This document shows positions 38,020 through 48,302 of a stretch of 64,000 bases of DNA, piece after piece. A program made the translations under genes and the position numbers. Position 1 is the stretch's first letter. Each line of letters starts with the position of its first letter. The DNA is from Candidatus Poribacteria bacterium (lineage in GTDB: Bacteria; Poribacteria; WGA-4E; WGA-3G), in NCBI GenBank assembly GCA_965198235.1, contig OZ240248.1, positions 1,920,001 to 1,984,000 on the forward strand, given 5' to 3'. The notes under the pieces were generated by a model, which worked only from the letters and a program-made list of their open reading frames with translations, was not told where the DNA came from and did not search any database.

Positions 38020-39128
38020 TTCAAGTTTTCCGGATTCAGTGCCTCCAATACTGGATTAACAAATCGTCCGTCCTTTCGAATAAGATTTCCGTCGAAATAC
38101 ATTTCTCCACCGCCGTGCTCTGGTGTCTGTATCATTACCATATCCCAATGGACAGCCGACCGAACTCCGTTATCCGCTTCCTCGTAAGCCTGACCGGGCG
38201 TGAAGTGGAAAGACCCGGCGATCTTTTCGTCGAACAGGATATCAAGCATCGGGTTCGTGATGTAAGGGTTGAACGCGATGGAAAACTCACCGATATAACG
38301 CGCGCCTTCGTCTGTATCAAGAATATCGTTCAGTCTTTCACTGTTGTTCGCCGCTGCCTCGACAATTTTGCCATCTTCAAAGCGGAGTCGAATGTCAGTA
38401 AACGTCGTTCCCTGATAGATTGTGGGGGTGTTGAAATGGATAGTGCCATTGACTGAATTTCGTACAGGTGCGGTGAAACATTCACCATCGGGGATATTCT
38501 TCTCGCCAGCACAGGGAATAACAGGAATATCCGTGATACTAAACCGGAGATCGGTATCTTCACCGACGATGTGGACTTCATCCGTTTCCTCCATCAGAGA
38601 CTTGAGGGGTCCCATCGCGCGTTCCATTCGGCTGTAGTCAAGCGTGCAAACGTCAAAATAATAATCCTCGAACGCCTCTGTACTCATCTGTGCTTGTTGC
38701 GCCATTGCTGGGAGGGGCCATCGTAGGACAACCCATTTTGTGCGTGGCACCCGGATATCGTTGAGTGGTCGCAGCCAATACTTTTGATAGCGTTGCATTG
38801 CCTCTGATGGGACATCAGACATTTCTGTGATATTATGGCTACCACGAATACCGATATACGCCTGTACCTTTTTTATACGATATATTTCGTATTCACCAAT
38901 CAATTTTATTCCAACATCGTCTCCGCCGAGAACAATTTCACGTTGGATACGGTTCTGTTTGAGTTCCACGAGTGGAATTCCACCCGCGTTCCGAACCGCT
39001 CGGATGAGGGCAATGACCATTTCTTGGGGAATGTCGATACCTTCGATGAGCACAAATTCGCCGGGTTGGATTTTCGTGGAATGGGTTGTGAGAACGTTTG
39101 CGAGTTTATCAAGTCGTGGATCGTGCAT
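38016..39128 (-). CDS. aminopeptidase, M29 family
   Basis: NIPDGECFTAP, IGEF, LFDEKI.GSFH..PG..Y, SAVHWD. Confidence 0.93.
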   Translation of the reverse strand: MHDPRLDKLANVLTTHSTKIQPGEFVLIEGIDIPQEMVIALIRAVRNAGGIPLVELKQNRIQREIVLGGDDVGIKLIGEYEIYRIKKVQAYIGIRGSHNITEMSDVPSEAMQRYQKYWLRPLNDIRVPRTKWVVLRWPLPAMAQQAQMSTEAFEDYYFDVCTLDYSRMERAMGPLKSLMEETDEVHIVGEDTDLRFSITDIPVIPCAGEKNIPDGECFTAPVRNSVNGTIHFNTPTIYQGTTFTDIRLRFEDGKIVEAAANNSERLNDILDTDEGARYIGEFSIAFNPYITNPMLDILFDEKIAGSFHFTPGQAYEEADNGVRSAVHWDMVMIQTPEHGGGEMYFDGNLIRKDGRFVNPVLEALNPENLK

Positions 39129-39347
39129 ATCTACCTCAAAAGTGGTTTTTTAAACTATTGCCTCCTGGGCGTTGCTCCATTACATTCCGCAACGGTTTAT
39201 GGTTAATTTCAACAGGGATCCGGAGCGGTGACGTTTTTTCAAAGCTTTAACCCCTAAATCCCCTATGCCCTTATCAAGGGACTTTCCAAGAGGAAGTGCG
39301 TAAATCCTATTCATGTAATAATTCAGGCGTGAGTTTCCTAAGAGGTT

Positions 39348-39953
39348 TCAACCTTCAATATCGTCCGTATGATTTAAGGCGTTTTCTTTCAGAATCCCCA
39401 TTACTTTCCTCGCGAGGGATGCCCACCACATCCTATCCTCCTGGATGCGTAGCAGATGTGTGGCACCCGGTGCATCGTTCGCACCTAAACCCGATTCGAT
39501 AACATCTGTCTGTGGATCGCGTTCAAGCCATTTGGCGATTCTGTTTTCCAAACGTTCAGCAGAACGGATAGCAAAGATATTTACAATCTCCGCCGATTGC
39601 AGATCCAAGAGAAAATCGACGTTCCAGTGCAAGGTTTTTCCCTGTCTCGGCAATAGATTTCCACTTCCCAAACCGCATTTGGCGAATTGGTCTATCATTT
39701 TTTCCCGGATGGTGTGTGGTGGCTTATCACCACTCCGCGTTGCGTGTCGGATAAGTCGTCGCGCCAATGAAGTCGCTCCCTTTTCCGAAAGCGCAGAGCC
39801 GATATAGACATAGTACCCAATAGGCAACGAAATGCGTTTACCTTTCTTGAACCTACCGAATTTTAATGTAGTATTTTCTTTAAGGTGAATCCGTAAGATA
39901 TATGTTCCAACCTGTGAATCATCGCTGATGATTAGGATGCTCGGATTTTTCAT
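39348..39953 (-). CDS. DUF123 / GIY-YIG-like nuclease family protein
   Basis: GTYIL...GYYVYIGSA..LARR..RH, LHWNVDFL, GLGA.D. Confidence 0.75.
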   Translation of the reverse strand: MKNPSILIISDDSQVGTYILRIHLKENTTLKFGRFKKGKRISLPIGYYVYIGSALSEKGATSLARRLIRHATRSGDKPPHTIREKMIDQFAKCGLGSGNLLPRQGKTLHWNVDFLLDLQSAEIVNIFAIRSAERLENRIAKWLERDPQTDVIESGLGANDAPGATHLLRIQEDRMWWASLARKVMGILKENALNHTDDIEG

Positions 39954-39969
39954 CGACCCAACCTATAGG

Positions 39970-40197
39970 TTATATTTCTGTCAGCTCTGGGACATGTTCG
40001 TCTTCATATTTTTCAATCAACACACCGATGACTTCCATCAGTGAAGCCAAGGGATGATCTTCATCCTCGCCTACGACATCGATTAAATTGTCCAGTATCT
40101 CCGTTAGCCGTTGATATTCGCTTTGTGCATGAGGAACGAATACAACCTCCGTTAGCATCGGCCATACATTTTGAGCTGTTTGTACTTCCCTTACCAT
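39970..40197 (-). CDS. HigA-like antitoxin, N-terminal domain only
   Basis: EYQRL..ILD.LID...HPLASLMEVIGVLIEKYEDEH; 3 bp after higB; no HTH follows. Confidence 0.7.
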   Translation of the reverse strand: MVREVQTAQNVWPMLTEVVFVPHAQSEYQRLTEILDNLIDVVGEDEDHPLASLMEVIGVLIEKYEDEHVPELTEI

Positions 40198-40200
40198 GGT

Positions 40201-40488
40201 TCACTCCTTCCATTTGCTTTTATTATATTCGTCGTGTGTTAGCACCGCACGAATATAGACTTTTTGGCGATTGTAGTGTATTGCCGCAATAAGACGCACC
40301 TTGTTGCCACCAATGTTGAAAATTGTTAGTTTTCCGACTCGATCAGCATGAGGAAACACTGTCCGCAGTTCAGCAAATGATCGGAAGCTGCCTCGTTTCA
40401 TTAATCGATACCAACGTTCAAGCGATACTTGGGTATTCCGATGTTTCTGGGCAAACTCATTTAGGCGTTTTCGCGTAATAATATGCAT
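40201..40488 (-). CDS. higB: type II toxin HigB (mRNA interferase)
   Basis: MHIITRKRL...W...FPHAD.V...IFNIGGNKVRLI..I.Y....YIR.VLTHDEY. Confidence 0.92.
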   Translation of the reverse strand: MHIITRKRLNEFAQKHRNTQVSLERWYRLMKRGSFRSFAELRTVFPHADRVGKLTIFNIGGNKVRLIAAIHYNRQKVYIRAVLTHDEYNKSKWKE

Positions 40489-40719
40489 AAGGTAAAACGG
40501 GGAATCCTTAAGCCGTGGCAGATAGCCATTTTTCAATATCAGACGCATCGATCTTGAGAGTAGTCTATCACAATTCGGAATAGAAGGCAAGTTTTGGCTT
40601 GTGAGCGTCACAGAAAGCACGCGCATATTGTATGTTGAAACAAAAATGAAAATCTATTAGAATAGAATGCGGGCAGGAAAGAAAGTCTGTGAATAGCAGT
40701 CAGCCATCAGCAAGAGCGC

Positions 40720-40807
40720 GTAAGCCCAACTATCGGGCGGGCTGGATAAACGGAAGGGAGTATGATTCCCACGCTCACCTCAACGAACCGCAAGGAAAAT
40801 TAAAAAA
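40720..40807 (+). repeat. dispersed repeat arm abutting the next start codon
   Basis: CCTCAACGAACCGCAAGGAAAATTAAAAAAA identical to 4158-4188. Confidence 0.8.
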
Positions 40808-42895
40808 ATGAAAATAGGTCGGTTATCTGTTGGATATATTACGGTCTTTGTGATGCTGGTACTACATCTTCTGCCGGTCTGGGGTTTCAAGTATTTCCCA
40901 ACCCAGGATGGGGCAAGTCATATTTACAACTCCTATGTCGTGAAGGAGTACCATAAGCACGAAAACTACCGTCTGCGCGAAGTCTACGAACTGAACGCTA
41001 CTATTTTCCCGAACTGGACATCCCACGCGCTCTTGGTAGTACTACTGTACATCTTTCCCCCGCTCGTTTGTGAAAAGATAGTGCTTACGCTCTGTATCGG
41101 TCTCCTACCGCTCTCCCTCTTCTATTTCCTCAACAGCATCGCAAAGAGAAACGTGGTCTTTGGACTGCTTGGGTTTCTCTTCGCCTACAACTATCTGCTT
41201 CACATGGGGTTCTACAATTTTGTCCTTAGCATGGCCCTGTTTTTCTTCACGATGGGCTACTGGTGGAGAGTCAAGGATAAACTCCGATTGATAAACATCG
41301 TGGTCATATATGTATTGCTGTTGGTGACCTATCTCACCCACTACCACTCCTATGCGTTGCTTATCATGTCCCTGATGTTCTTTGCTGTTTTTTCATCGGT
41401 TTACGATGCACTGCGCGGAGTATGGGGCTATAAGGAAACATCAAAATCGCTCATGCACCGACTTAAGGACGGTATGGTGATGCTTAAACCTACACTGACT
41501 TTCCTCGGTGCGCTTGTACCTGCTTACTTCATCCTGTTCTCTTATTACTTCTACCTTTCCGATGCTCACGGGACAGACAGCAACCATAAAGGCTTGGAAT
41601 GGCTAAACGACTACTTCTTCGGCATGAAATCCTTAGTCTCTTTTCGGGATGACCATGTGCTCATTGGACGGGTGTTGCTGGTGTTTTTTGCCATTGCCTT
41701 CGTCGTCACAGTGATCAACAGAATCCGACAATGCTATCAATTCCGAGAATCAGAGGAATGGAAAGAGACTGGCGAACGGCTTTGGATGCGCATTGTGACG
41801 CAAATGGATGGGTTTCTGATCATGGCAATCTTTATCACTGCGATGTTTTTCATAGTCCCGTGGTCTGGCTACAGCGGAGGTTGGATAAACGACCGGTTTC
41901 ATCTGTACATATTCCTCGTGTTGCTTCCGTTCTTCGCCGTCAACCTGCATCGGTACGTAAACTATGGAGTGGCGGGAGTCATCATCGTCCTGTCCTTATG
42001 GCATCTCGGTTACAATATCCATACGTATGCCCTCCTCAATCGGGACATTACCAACGCGCTCACATCGGATGGCATGTACGAGAAGGATACGATCCTCACG
42101 AGTGAACCGGGGGAATGGGGCGGTTTTTCAGATTCGCTCGGTTTTGAACCTAAATACGTTGAACCCTTTGGGCATATTGAATGTCTGTTAGCAGTGAAAA
42201 TGGGGATCGGCTACCTCGACAACTACGAGGCGAATACGGATCATTTTCCGCTGCGTTACAAGCAAAAAGAACTTCCTGCCGATTTCGCCATCATCTGGCG
42301 GACAGAATATAGCGATGTCGCCGGTTTGGAGGAAGAATATGATCTCATCCATTCCAACGACTATAACCGGCTCTATCGCCGAAAGCGCGCAGCACCCGAT
42401 CCGCAAATGTGGGGTGGCGGAACTGTTGTCGCTTTTGACATGCAACCCGACGACGGACAGACGGCACTAGGACACATCGCTGTGTATGCGGATACAGCCT
42501 ACACCGATGGGAAATACGGCTGGTTGACGAAATCAGAGCGGGAAGACTTTAAAATCGGATCCGAAACTCCACAACCGTACAGGGACAGCATTTGGGGGAA
42601 GGAAGATGGGGTTTTCCGAGTCGCACTTCCCAACGGGGTATACGAAGTGACATGCTATTTCAGTGCGAGCGAATCTGAACCGTTAGAGATAAACCTTATC
42701 GCGAATGGTGAGAAGCAGATTCAGCGATTGCGGATCCCTGTCGGAAATGAGACGATTGAAAGGCGTTACAGTATCACGATCACCGATGAACTTTTGACTC
42801 AGGTGATATATACCCGTGGAAAAGGTAAACACAAAAGATGGGGTTGGAGTGGCTTTACCATTCAATCAACCGATGGTGAGCTGCGCCAAAATTGA
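40808..42895 (+). CDS. polytopic membrane protein (GT-C-like N-terminus) with C-terminal carbohydrate-binding-like domain
   Basis: PTQDGASH in first loop, PNW, GFYNF, about 10 TM segments; C-terminal FDM...YGW...RD...FRVALPNGVYEV. Confidence 0.55.
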   Translation: MKIGRLSVGYITVFVMLVLHLLPVWGFKYFPTQDGASHIYNSYVVKEYHKHENYRLREVYELNATIFPNWTSHALLVVLLYIFPPLVCEKIVLTLCIGLLPLSLFYFLNSIAKRNVVFGLLGFLFAYNYLLHMGFYNFVLSMALFFFTMGYWWRVKDKLRLINIVVIYVLLLVTYLTHYHSYALLIMSLMFFAVFSSVYDALRGVWGYKETSKSLMHRLKDGMVMLKPTLTFLGALVPAYFILFSYYFYLSDAHGTDSNHKGLEWLNDYFFGMKSLVSFRDDHVLIGRVLLVFFAIAFVVTVINRIRQCYQFRESEEWKETGERLWMRIVTQMDGFLIMAIFITAMFFIVPWSGYSGGWINDRFHLYIFLVLLPFFAVNLHRYVNYGVAGVIIVLSLWHLGYNIHTYALLNRDITNALTSDGMYEKDTILTSEPGEWGGFSDSLGFEPKYVEPFGHIECLLAVKMGIGYLDNYEANTDHFPLRYKQKELPADFAIIWRTEYSDVAGLEEEYDLIHSNDYNRLYRRKRAAPDPQMWGGGTVVAFDMQPDDGQTALGHIAVYADTAYTDGKYGWLTKSEREDFKIGSETPQPYRDSIWGKEDGVFRVALPNGVYEVTCYFSASESEPLEINLIANGEKQIQRLRIPVGNETIERRYSITITDELLTQVIYTRGKGKHKRWGWSGFTIQSTDGELRQN

Positions 42896-42924
42896 ACGAG
42901 TAACGAATTTATCTGTTTTCCCGC

Positions 42925-43026
42925 CAAGACCCCATGCTTTAGCTTGGCAGACGTAAGACCTTCTACGGAAGGCGGACTGCCTTGAAGCACAGGTTTCCCT
43001 AACCTTTAGGTTGTGGGTGCCTTGAC
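42925..43026. mobile_element. about 100-bp non-autonomous element with IS200/IS605-like hairpin ends
   Basis: Minus end GTCAAGGCACCCACAACCTAAAGGTTAGGG; plus end CAAGACCCCATGCTTTAGCTTGG; central CCTTC-tacg-GAAGG hairpin. Confidence 0.35.
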
Positions 43027-43712
43027 TACCTCTCCAATACATCCAGACAAGATTTTAATCGACGGTCATGATTCACATATTGTTTTAGCCACTCCGCGAC
43101 TGTTTTGCCATCCGCGAGTTTAGCTTGCAAATCTGCGCCATGTTCTACGAGATACTGCATCGTTTCTACATGTCCATGACCGGCTGCGCAGTATAGGGGA
43201 AAGTGTCCGTGATCTGCTGTTGCATTGACATCTGCACCACTGCTGACTAACTGTTCTACAATTTCCAAGTCACCGTTTCGAGTCGCGTGGTGTAAAGCTG
43301 TATCGCCACGGGCGTAGTGCTCCTGCACTAACTTTGAGTTGTCACGTAGCATTGCGTTGACTCGCTGCACATTGGCTAAGAAAACAGCATATATAAACTG
43401 GCGCGCGACTTCGCTCGATGGTTTGGTATGCGCATCCAAGCCCCCATACGCAATGAGCAATGATACGACTTCCTTATTGTCTGGCACTTCCCCAGCATAG
43501 TGTATCGCATAGCCATCATGAGCTGCCAAATCAGCACCACAGTCTATTAGATATTTAACAACATCATAATGACGTCTTAATCCGGCATGAAATATAGGAC
43601 GCCATTCGTGTCTGTCGTCCTGGTTGACCGACCGAGGTTCCTGTTCAACGATTTTCTTGACTAAATCGAGGTTACCGTTTGCTGCCGCGTCATGAATTGA
43701 ACCGAGTTTCAT
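43026..43712 (-). CDS. ankyrin repeat protein
   Basis: GDTALHHATRNGDLEIVEQLVSSGADVN, PLYCAAGHGHVE. Confidence 0.92.
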   Translation of the reverse strand: MKLGSIHDAAANGNLDLVKKIVEQEPRSVNQDDRHEWRPIFHAGLRRHYDVVKYLIDCGADLAAHDGYAIHYAGEVPDNKEVVSLLIAYGGLDAHTKPSSEVARQFIYAVFLANVQRVNAMLRDNSKLVQEHYARGDTALHHATRNGDLEIVEQLVSSGADVNATADHGHFPLYCAAGHGHVETMQYLVEHGADLQAKLADGKTVAEWLKQYVNHDRRLKSCLDVLER

Positions 43713-43733
43713 GTCTATTCTCCATATGTTAGG

Positions 43734-43907
43734 TTACAAGTCGTGTGCTGCGACCTGATGTTTAGGGAAGCGAAAAACCATCCGCTGGTTGACCAGAAAC
43801 GTCCGATTCGCCCAACCTTCGTAGAGTGGTTCCCATGTTTCAATCGGCAACTGAGGGAAGTTTTCGGTAATCGCCGCGTGGTAGTTCTTCTCAGTCAGTT
43901 TGAGCAT
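43734..43907 (-). pseudogene. N-terminal fragment of an aminoglycoside phosphotransferase-family gene (57 aa)
   Basis: GGAG RBS + MLKLTEKN...FPQLPI...EGWANRTFLVNQRMVFRFPKH..L*; catalytic lobe absent. Confidence 0.6.
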
Positions 43908-44108
43908 ATTTCTCCATCATCAGTACCAACGCAATACGTTAGGTGGACGAGTAAATCGCGCCGGCGCGATTTTTCGACCTATTGGACCATGCAGGCATAT
44001 CGTCCTGTGAAAAATAGACCGGAATTAGTTCACAGTGTTAGACGCTACAATTTTCGTCCTATGTCATGCGAAGAAAAAAGCCAATAAAGATCAAGTTGCA
44101 TAGAAAAT

Positions 44109-44999
44109 TCAAGCACTATTTGTGAGGGCGCTCAACACAGATCCGAGTTGCTTCGTAAGGTATGGAGATTCCCGCCCCACTTTACTTACCGACTCCATCA
44201 ATGGGAAAGCAGCAGACTCGTGCCAGTCTCCGTTCCTGTCGTTCACCTGTCTCCCTATCATGATCCCCGGACCTCGAGTGAAACTCTTAAGTCGGTCAAT
44301 ACCTTCCTCAATGATGTCCTTGGGAAGGGGTTTTCCTCTTCGTCGGGACCACTCCACGAGGTAATGGAGGCCTCGCAGAATGTCATATTCAAAAAAGCGG
44401 GGAAAAACCGGCTTCAGCCATTCGGGATTTATAACACTCCCACCTTCCTTTGAACAAACCAACCGATGCTCAATGAGGTATCGCGCTCCATTATCGAGGA
44501 ATCTCTTCTCCGCATCCGTGTAGTCTCGATCTGTGAAGAACAACACGGCCTCCAGGGGTGGCAGACTTGATACGATCGAACTCTTACCTGACTTCAGATA
44601 GGCATCCGGCTCACAGTTTAGCCCTCCATCTGAAAACTGGTGCTTTAGGAACCACCTTCTGATCCACGGCAGGTCTGCCTCTGTATCGCATCCACAGGCC
44701 GAAAGGATCATATAGAACACGCCCAGTTCACAGTGACAGCAGTCCATTTTTTCCTTATCTGCTTCAGTCTGCGGAGCATCATGTTCGGTAATAACGAACT
44801 CCTGCCAGGCTCCATGCTTGAGCTGCCCCAACGCGCTGTCGACAGCTGACCGGGGAATCCGCGCGACCTCCCCCATTTCGTACAGAATAGCCAGCTGCCA
44901 CCACGGTCCGTCCCATTTCCTTCGGCTCCTGCGGTCCGGCACCGAGAATGCGCCTTCAGACGATATCACCTCAACTGCTGACTCGATTGCGTTGTCCAT
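44109..44999 (-). CDS. hypothetical protein with prenyltransferase/terpene-cyclase-like barrel motifs
   Basis: WFLKHQFSDGGLNC, FPRFFEYDILRGL; AAGGAG RBS. Confidence 0.55.
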   Translation of the reverse strand: MDNAIESAVEVISSEGAFSVPDRRSRRKWDGPWWQLAILYEMGEVARIPRSAVDSALGQLKHGAWQEFVITEHDAPQTEADKEKMDCCHCELGVFYMILSACGCDTEADLPWIRRWFLKHQFSDGGLNCEPDAYLKSGKSSIVSSLPPLEAVLFFTDRDYTDAEKRFLDNGARYLIEHRLVCSKEGGSVINPEWLKPVFPRFFEYDILRGLHYLVEWSRRRGKPLPKDIIEEGIDRLKSFTRGPGIMIGRQVNDRNGDWHESAAFPLMESVSKVGRESPYLTKQLGSVLSALTNSA

Positions 45000-45357
45000 G
45001 TTGACTCCTTTATCAAAAAAGTCAGCGGCACAACACTGTTTGTCGTCCCTGATCCCATGTCACTTAAGGGAAACAAACCAGAAAGTAATGCACCGTTACG
45101 TGTCTTTTGCCTCTAAATATTCCCAAAAACCTTACGCGTATGATACCTGATTTTTACGCAAAAATCAAGTCTTTTTCCCACGGGCTAAAGTCCGCCTTCT
45201 ACCTCTCCAGCTTAAGAGATTGGAGTTTTGCAGACACAGCTAAAGCTGACTTTGATAACGTTTCGCCGGTGTGTGAACCCGTAAAGAGGGTTGCCGGAGG
45301 CCTAACATCAATGCGCCAAAACCGGGGACAAGGTGTTAGACGCTGCGGTTCTTTGCC

Positions 45358-46152
45358 CTATGCCAGCGGTTTTCCCCAAGTAATCCTTACTTCTAATTGG
45401 AAACTGAGGAAACCTTTATCATCAGCAAAGTCAGATAAAATATGCGATAGTTCAGTGTCAAATGCCCTGACATTTTCCTCTCTCATGTGTTCCTTGGACA
45501 TACTTTCTCTCGAATGAAAGGACTGAACATAGTCTGTAAGCGGTTGCGAGAAACTAACTGGCGTTGTGCGTTTATCTCCAATCAGGTGTAGGTGTCTTCT
45601 ATCCATGAGTTCTTGGATTAATTCAATCTGTTCATGGTGTCTATTAGTGGAATATTTGTGAATCAGTGAAAGTTCCGCGTCGTGCCAAGGTGATCCAATC
45701 GGACGGTCCCCATCGATGATTACGAGGTGCCCATCTGTCGTCAGCATTTCTTTGAATCTTGGAAAGACCACACTCCATTCCATCCAGTGGATACTGGCTC
45801 CAGCCGTTACCATGTCGTAAGGCGGATACAGATGCACCTCCTCGACACGTCCATTGATCCACCGGAGGTTTGGATGATTGCCGTTGATGAGCGACTTCCC
45901 CACTCGGATCATCTCCTGTGAGAAGTCAACCGCATCAACGCCGTCTATATGATCGACGAGTAACCGTGCTATTTTTCCGGGACCACATCCAACATCCAGA
46001 ATTTTCCCTCGCGATTCCGCCAGCAAATTGAGAAGTATCTGATATGTTTCCTCTGGATAGGGAGGTCGAAGTTCGTATGCTTCTGCCAAACTATGGTTCT
46101 TGAATCGGGACGCGTAATCGTCCCAGTATTGTCTCGGTCTCGTAGTTTTCAC
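45358..46152 (-). CDS. class I SAM-dependent methyltransferase
   Basis: RPPYP, LDVGCGPG, AVDFS, ASIHW. Confidence 0.88.
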   Translation of the reverse strand: MKTTRPRQYWDDYASRFKNHSLAEAYELRPPYPEETYQILLNLLAESRGKILDVGCGPGKIARLLVDHIDGVDAVDFSQEMIRVGKSLINGNHPNLRWINGRVEEVHLYPPYDMVTAGASIHWMEWSVVFPRFKEMLTTDGHLVIIDGDRPIGSPWHDAELSLIHKYSTNRHHEQIELIQELMDRRHLHLIGDKRTTPVSFSQPLTDYVQSFHSRESMSKEHMREENVRAFDTELSHILSDFADDKGFLSFQLEVRITWGKPLA

Positions 46153-47027
46153 GTTTTACTCCCAATCCTATCGGGTTGAAAATCGAATGCCAGTGCCTCT
46201 CCGATAGGGACGTAACCGATTCTGGAGTAGATGCTGTTAGAAGTTGGATTTGATAAATCGGTATATAGGCTACAAAATGAATAGCGATCCGTGAGCATCT
46301 TTTGTGTTAACGACCAAACGCACGAAGTCGCATATCCCTTATTGCGATGTTCTGGCGGCGTGTACACGGTATTGATCGTTGTGCCATTTCTCGTCGGACG
46401 CGCTTCTTTAGCGATGCAAACCGGCTCACTGTTGTCCCAAATGTACAGTTCCTGCCCATTGATGGATCGTTCAGCATGGTTTTTAGCACTGTCAAGATCG
46501 ACAGGTTCTCTTATCTCCTCCGAAAAATTGGCGATCCATTTCGCCATAAGGAGCTGATCATCTATACGCGCCAAACGTAGTTTTCCGGGTGAAAGGGATA
46601 TCTCCGCGACCTTTCTTGCTTCAAATACGCGCATTCGCATGGCGATTCTGGCTGATACGCCGAACGTCCCCTCGACCCAGCAATCAGAAAAGGCTTGGGC
46701 TTCTACTGCTGGTCCAACAACCCCAGGTGTTCGTGTGTTAGCTCCGCGTAAGTGGTTCACAAGGTGAGCTATAGCAACCAGGACCTCTGTGTCAATTCTG
46801 CTTAAAATGATTCTCTTAGGCGGGGTCATTATTGCGACACCTACTACTTTTTCGTGTTCCAGAATGCTCAGCAAGAGAGGCGACTTGGATCCATAATAGT
46901 GGGGACTCTCAGAGAGCTTATAAACGAGACCGATCGGTAAATTATTTTCGCTCTCATGCCGTTCCAAGTAAGCACCTGAAAGTGAAATAAGTTCGCTGGC
47001 ATGGCTGTGAGATCGTATTTCAATCAT
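46149..47027 (-). CDS. GNAT N-acetyltransferase (two-domain)
   Basis: VYTPPEHRNKGYA, LYTDLSNPTSNSIY..IGY. Confidence 0.88.
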   Translation of the reverse strand: MIEIRSHSHASELISLSGAYLERHESENNLPIGLVYKLSESPHYYGSKSPLLLSILEHEKVVGVAIMTPPKRIILSRIDTEVLVAIAHLVNHLRGANTRTPGVVGPAVEAQAFSDCWVEGTFGVSARIAMRMRVFEARKVAEISLSPGKLRLARIDDQLLMAKWIANFSEEIREPVDLDSAKNHAERSINGQELYIWDNSEPVCIAKEARPTRNGTTINTVYTPPEHRNKGYATSCVWSLTQKMLTDRYSFCSLYTDLSNPTSNSIYSRIGYVPIGEALAFDFQPDRIGSKT

Positions 47028-47064
47028 CGTTTTCCCATTTCCTTTTTGGACTTAAGCAATTGAC

Positions 47065-47553
47065 TCAAATGGCACGAATCGGGTCTGAAAGAAAGGGTTT
47101 TTGAAAGATCTCTCTGGATCCTCCTTCCGGTCCTGGAGGTGCCTCTGCAAAAGGTTCAAAACCCATCTTCTTGTAGAATTGACGCGCTGGCTGACCTTCC
47201 GGATTATCCTCGCCGAATGTTGTAACAAATAATTCAGCAGGTGGTTTGATTAAATCAAATACATGCGCTAAGAGAACCGTGCCGATACCCATGCGACGCC
47301 GTTGCTCGTCCACGGATAGCCAGACAATATGGTATTCAGACGGTCTGAAGGACAGAAACAAGCCTCCCATCAAAGGTGCCCCAGCTGATCGATCTTGTTC
47401 TCGAACGCAGTAGGCACTCTCCCGATCTATGTTTTTGCGTAGTGCGTTCTGAAAAGCAGGCTGATCAACCATCGGTCCGAAGAGAAACTCGACCTGCGAT
47501 GCTAAATCAAGCCAACCCGGAATATCGGCGCGTGTAGCGATCTGGACCTTCAT
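47065..47553 (-). CDS. GNAT N-acetyltransferase
   Basis: LSVDEQRRRMGIG, ARQFYKKMGF. Confidence 0.85.
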   Translation of the reverse strand: MKVQIATRADIPGWLDLASQVEFLFGPMVDQPAFQNALRKNIDRESAYCVREQDRSAGAPLMGGLFLSFRPSEYHIVWLSVDEQRRRMGIGTVLLAHVFDLIKPPAELFVTTFGEDNPEGQPARQFYKKMGFEPFAEAPPGPEGGSREIFQKPFLSDPIRAI

Positions 47554-47617
47554 TGGGGCTTTTCCTTATTTTGAGGGTTTTGCATAAATAATGATACATG
47601 ATCGCGGTCTCCTAAAG

Positions 47618-48253
47618 TCAGTTGGACTGCACTACCGAGTGCTGGTTCGTTAGGCTCCGTCTCGCGATCACAATTCCAGCCATATCGCCTTCCAGTTCTC
47701 GATGGATTTGGAAGCCAGCACTAAGGAACATGTTAAGACGACCGTGGAAGTTTGAGTAGCTGTCGGTGGCTCGACGGTCTGGGTACGCCTCCACAGTCCG
47801 TAGGGCCCGTTTGGCGAGCAGATCGCACGCTGCCTTGAGCAGAAGGCTTGATAGTCCTGTACCCCGGAAGCGTTTGGTTACAACGAAGCACACAATGGAC
47901 CCAACGGATTCGTCGTCCGGACTCGCGAGAACGTCCATGGTCGCCAAGTGAGCAAGGGAACGCTTTTCGGCTGCGTGGCACCATCCAATCGGACGATTGT
48001 CGAGATAAGCAAGGATGCCTGTCGTTTCACTGCGTTGGATGAGTTCAGCCTTCCACTCACGGTTCGCTGCCGCAGTTCTCGAAGACCAATCCTCGCCATT
48101 GACACCGCCCCAATGGAAATAACAGCAATAGCACGAAGCGCCTTCGGGGTTGTCGGCGAACGCGCCTCGATCGAAGTAGTCAAAGAAGTCGTTGGCCCGA
48201 TCTGGTGTAAGCTCGCGGAGTTCAAGGTTCGCTAAGTCTATCTCATTTGGCAT
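47618..48253 (-). CDS. GNAT N-acetyltransferase (CxC-containing)
   Basis: CYC, IGWC, IVCFVV...FRGTGLS, VEAYP, F..AGF. Confidence 0.85.
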   Translation of the reverse strand: MPNEIDLANLELRELTPDRANDFFDYFDRGAFADNPEGASCYCCYFHWGGVNGEDWSSRTAAANREWKAELIQRSETTGILAYLDNRPIGWCHAAEKRSLAHLATMDVLASPDDESVGSIVCFVVTKRFRGTGLSSLLLKAACDLLAKRALRTVEAYPDRRATDSYSNFHGRLNMFLSAGFQIHRELEGDMAGIVIARRSLTNQHSVVQSN

Positions 48254-48302
48254 CTCTTTTAATCCTTTCCAAAGTCGAATCGTTCCTTGTCCACATCTTA
48301 AT

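Noticed and set aside
39250-39300. CCCCTAAATCCCC...AAGGGACTT repeat-like motif
   Set aside because: Resembles a dispersed palindromic repeat but is single-copy and degenerate in this window.
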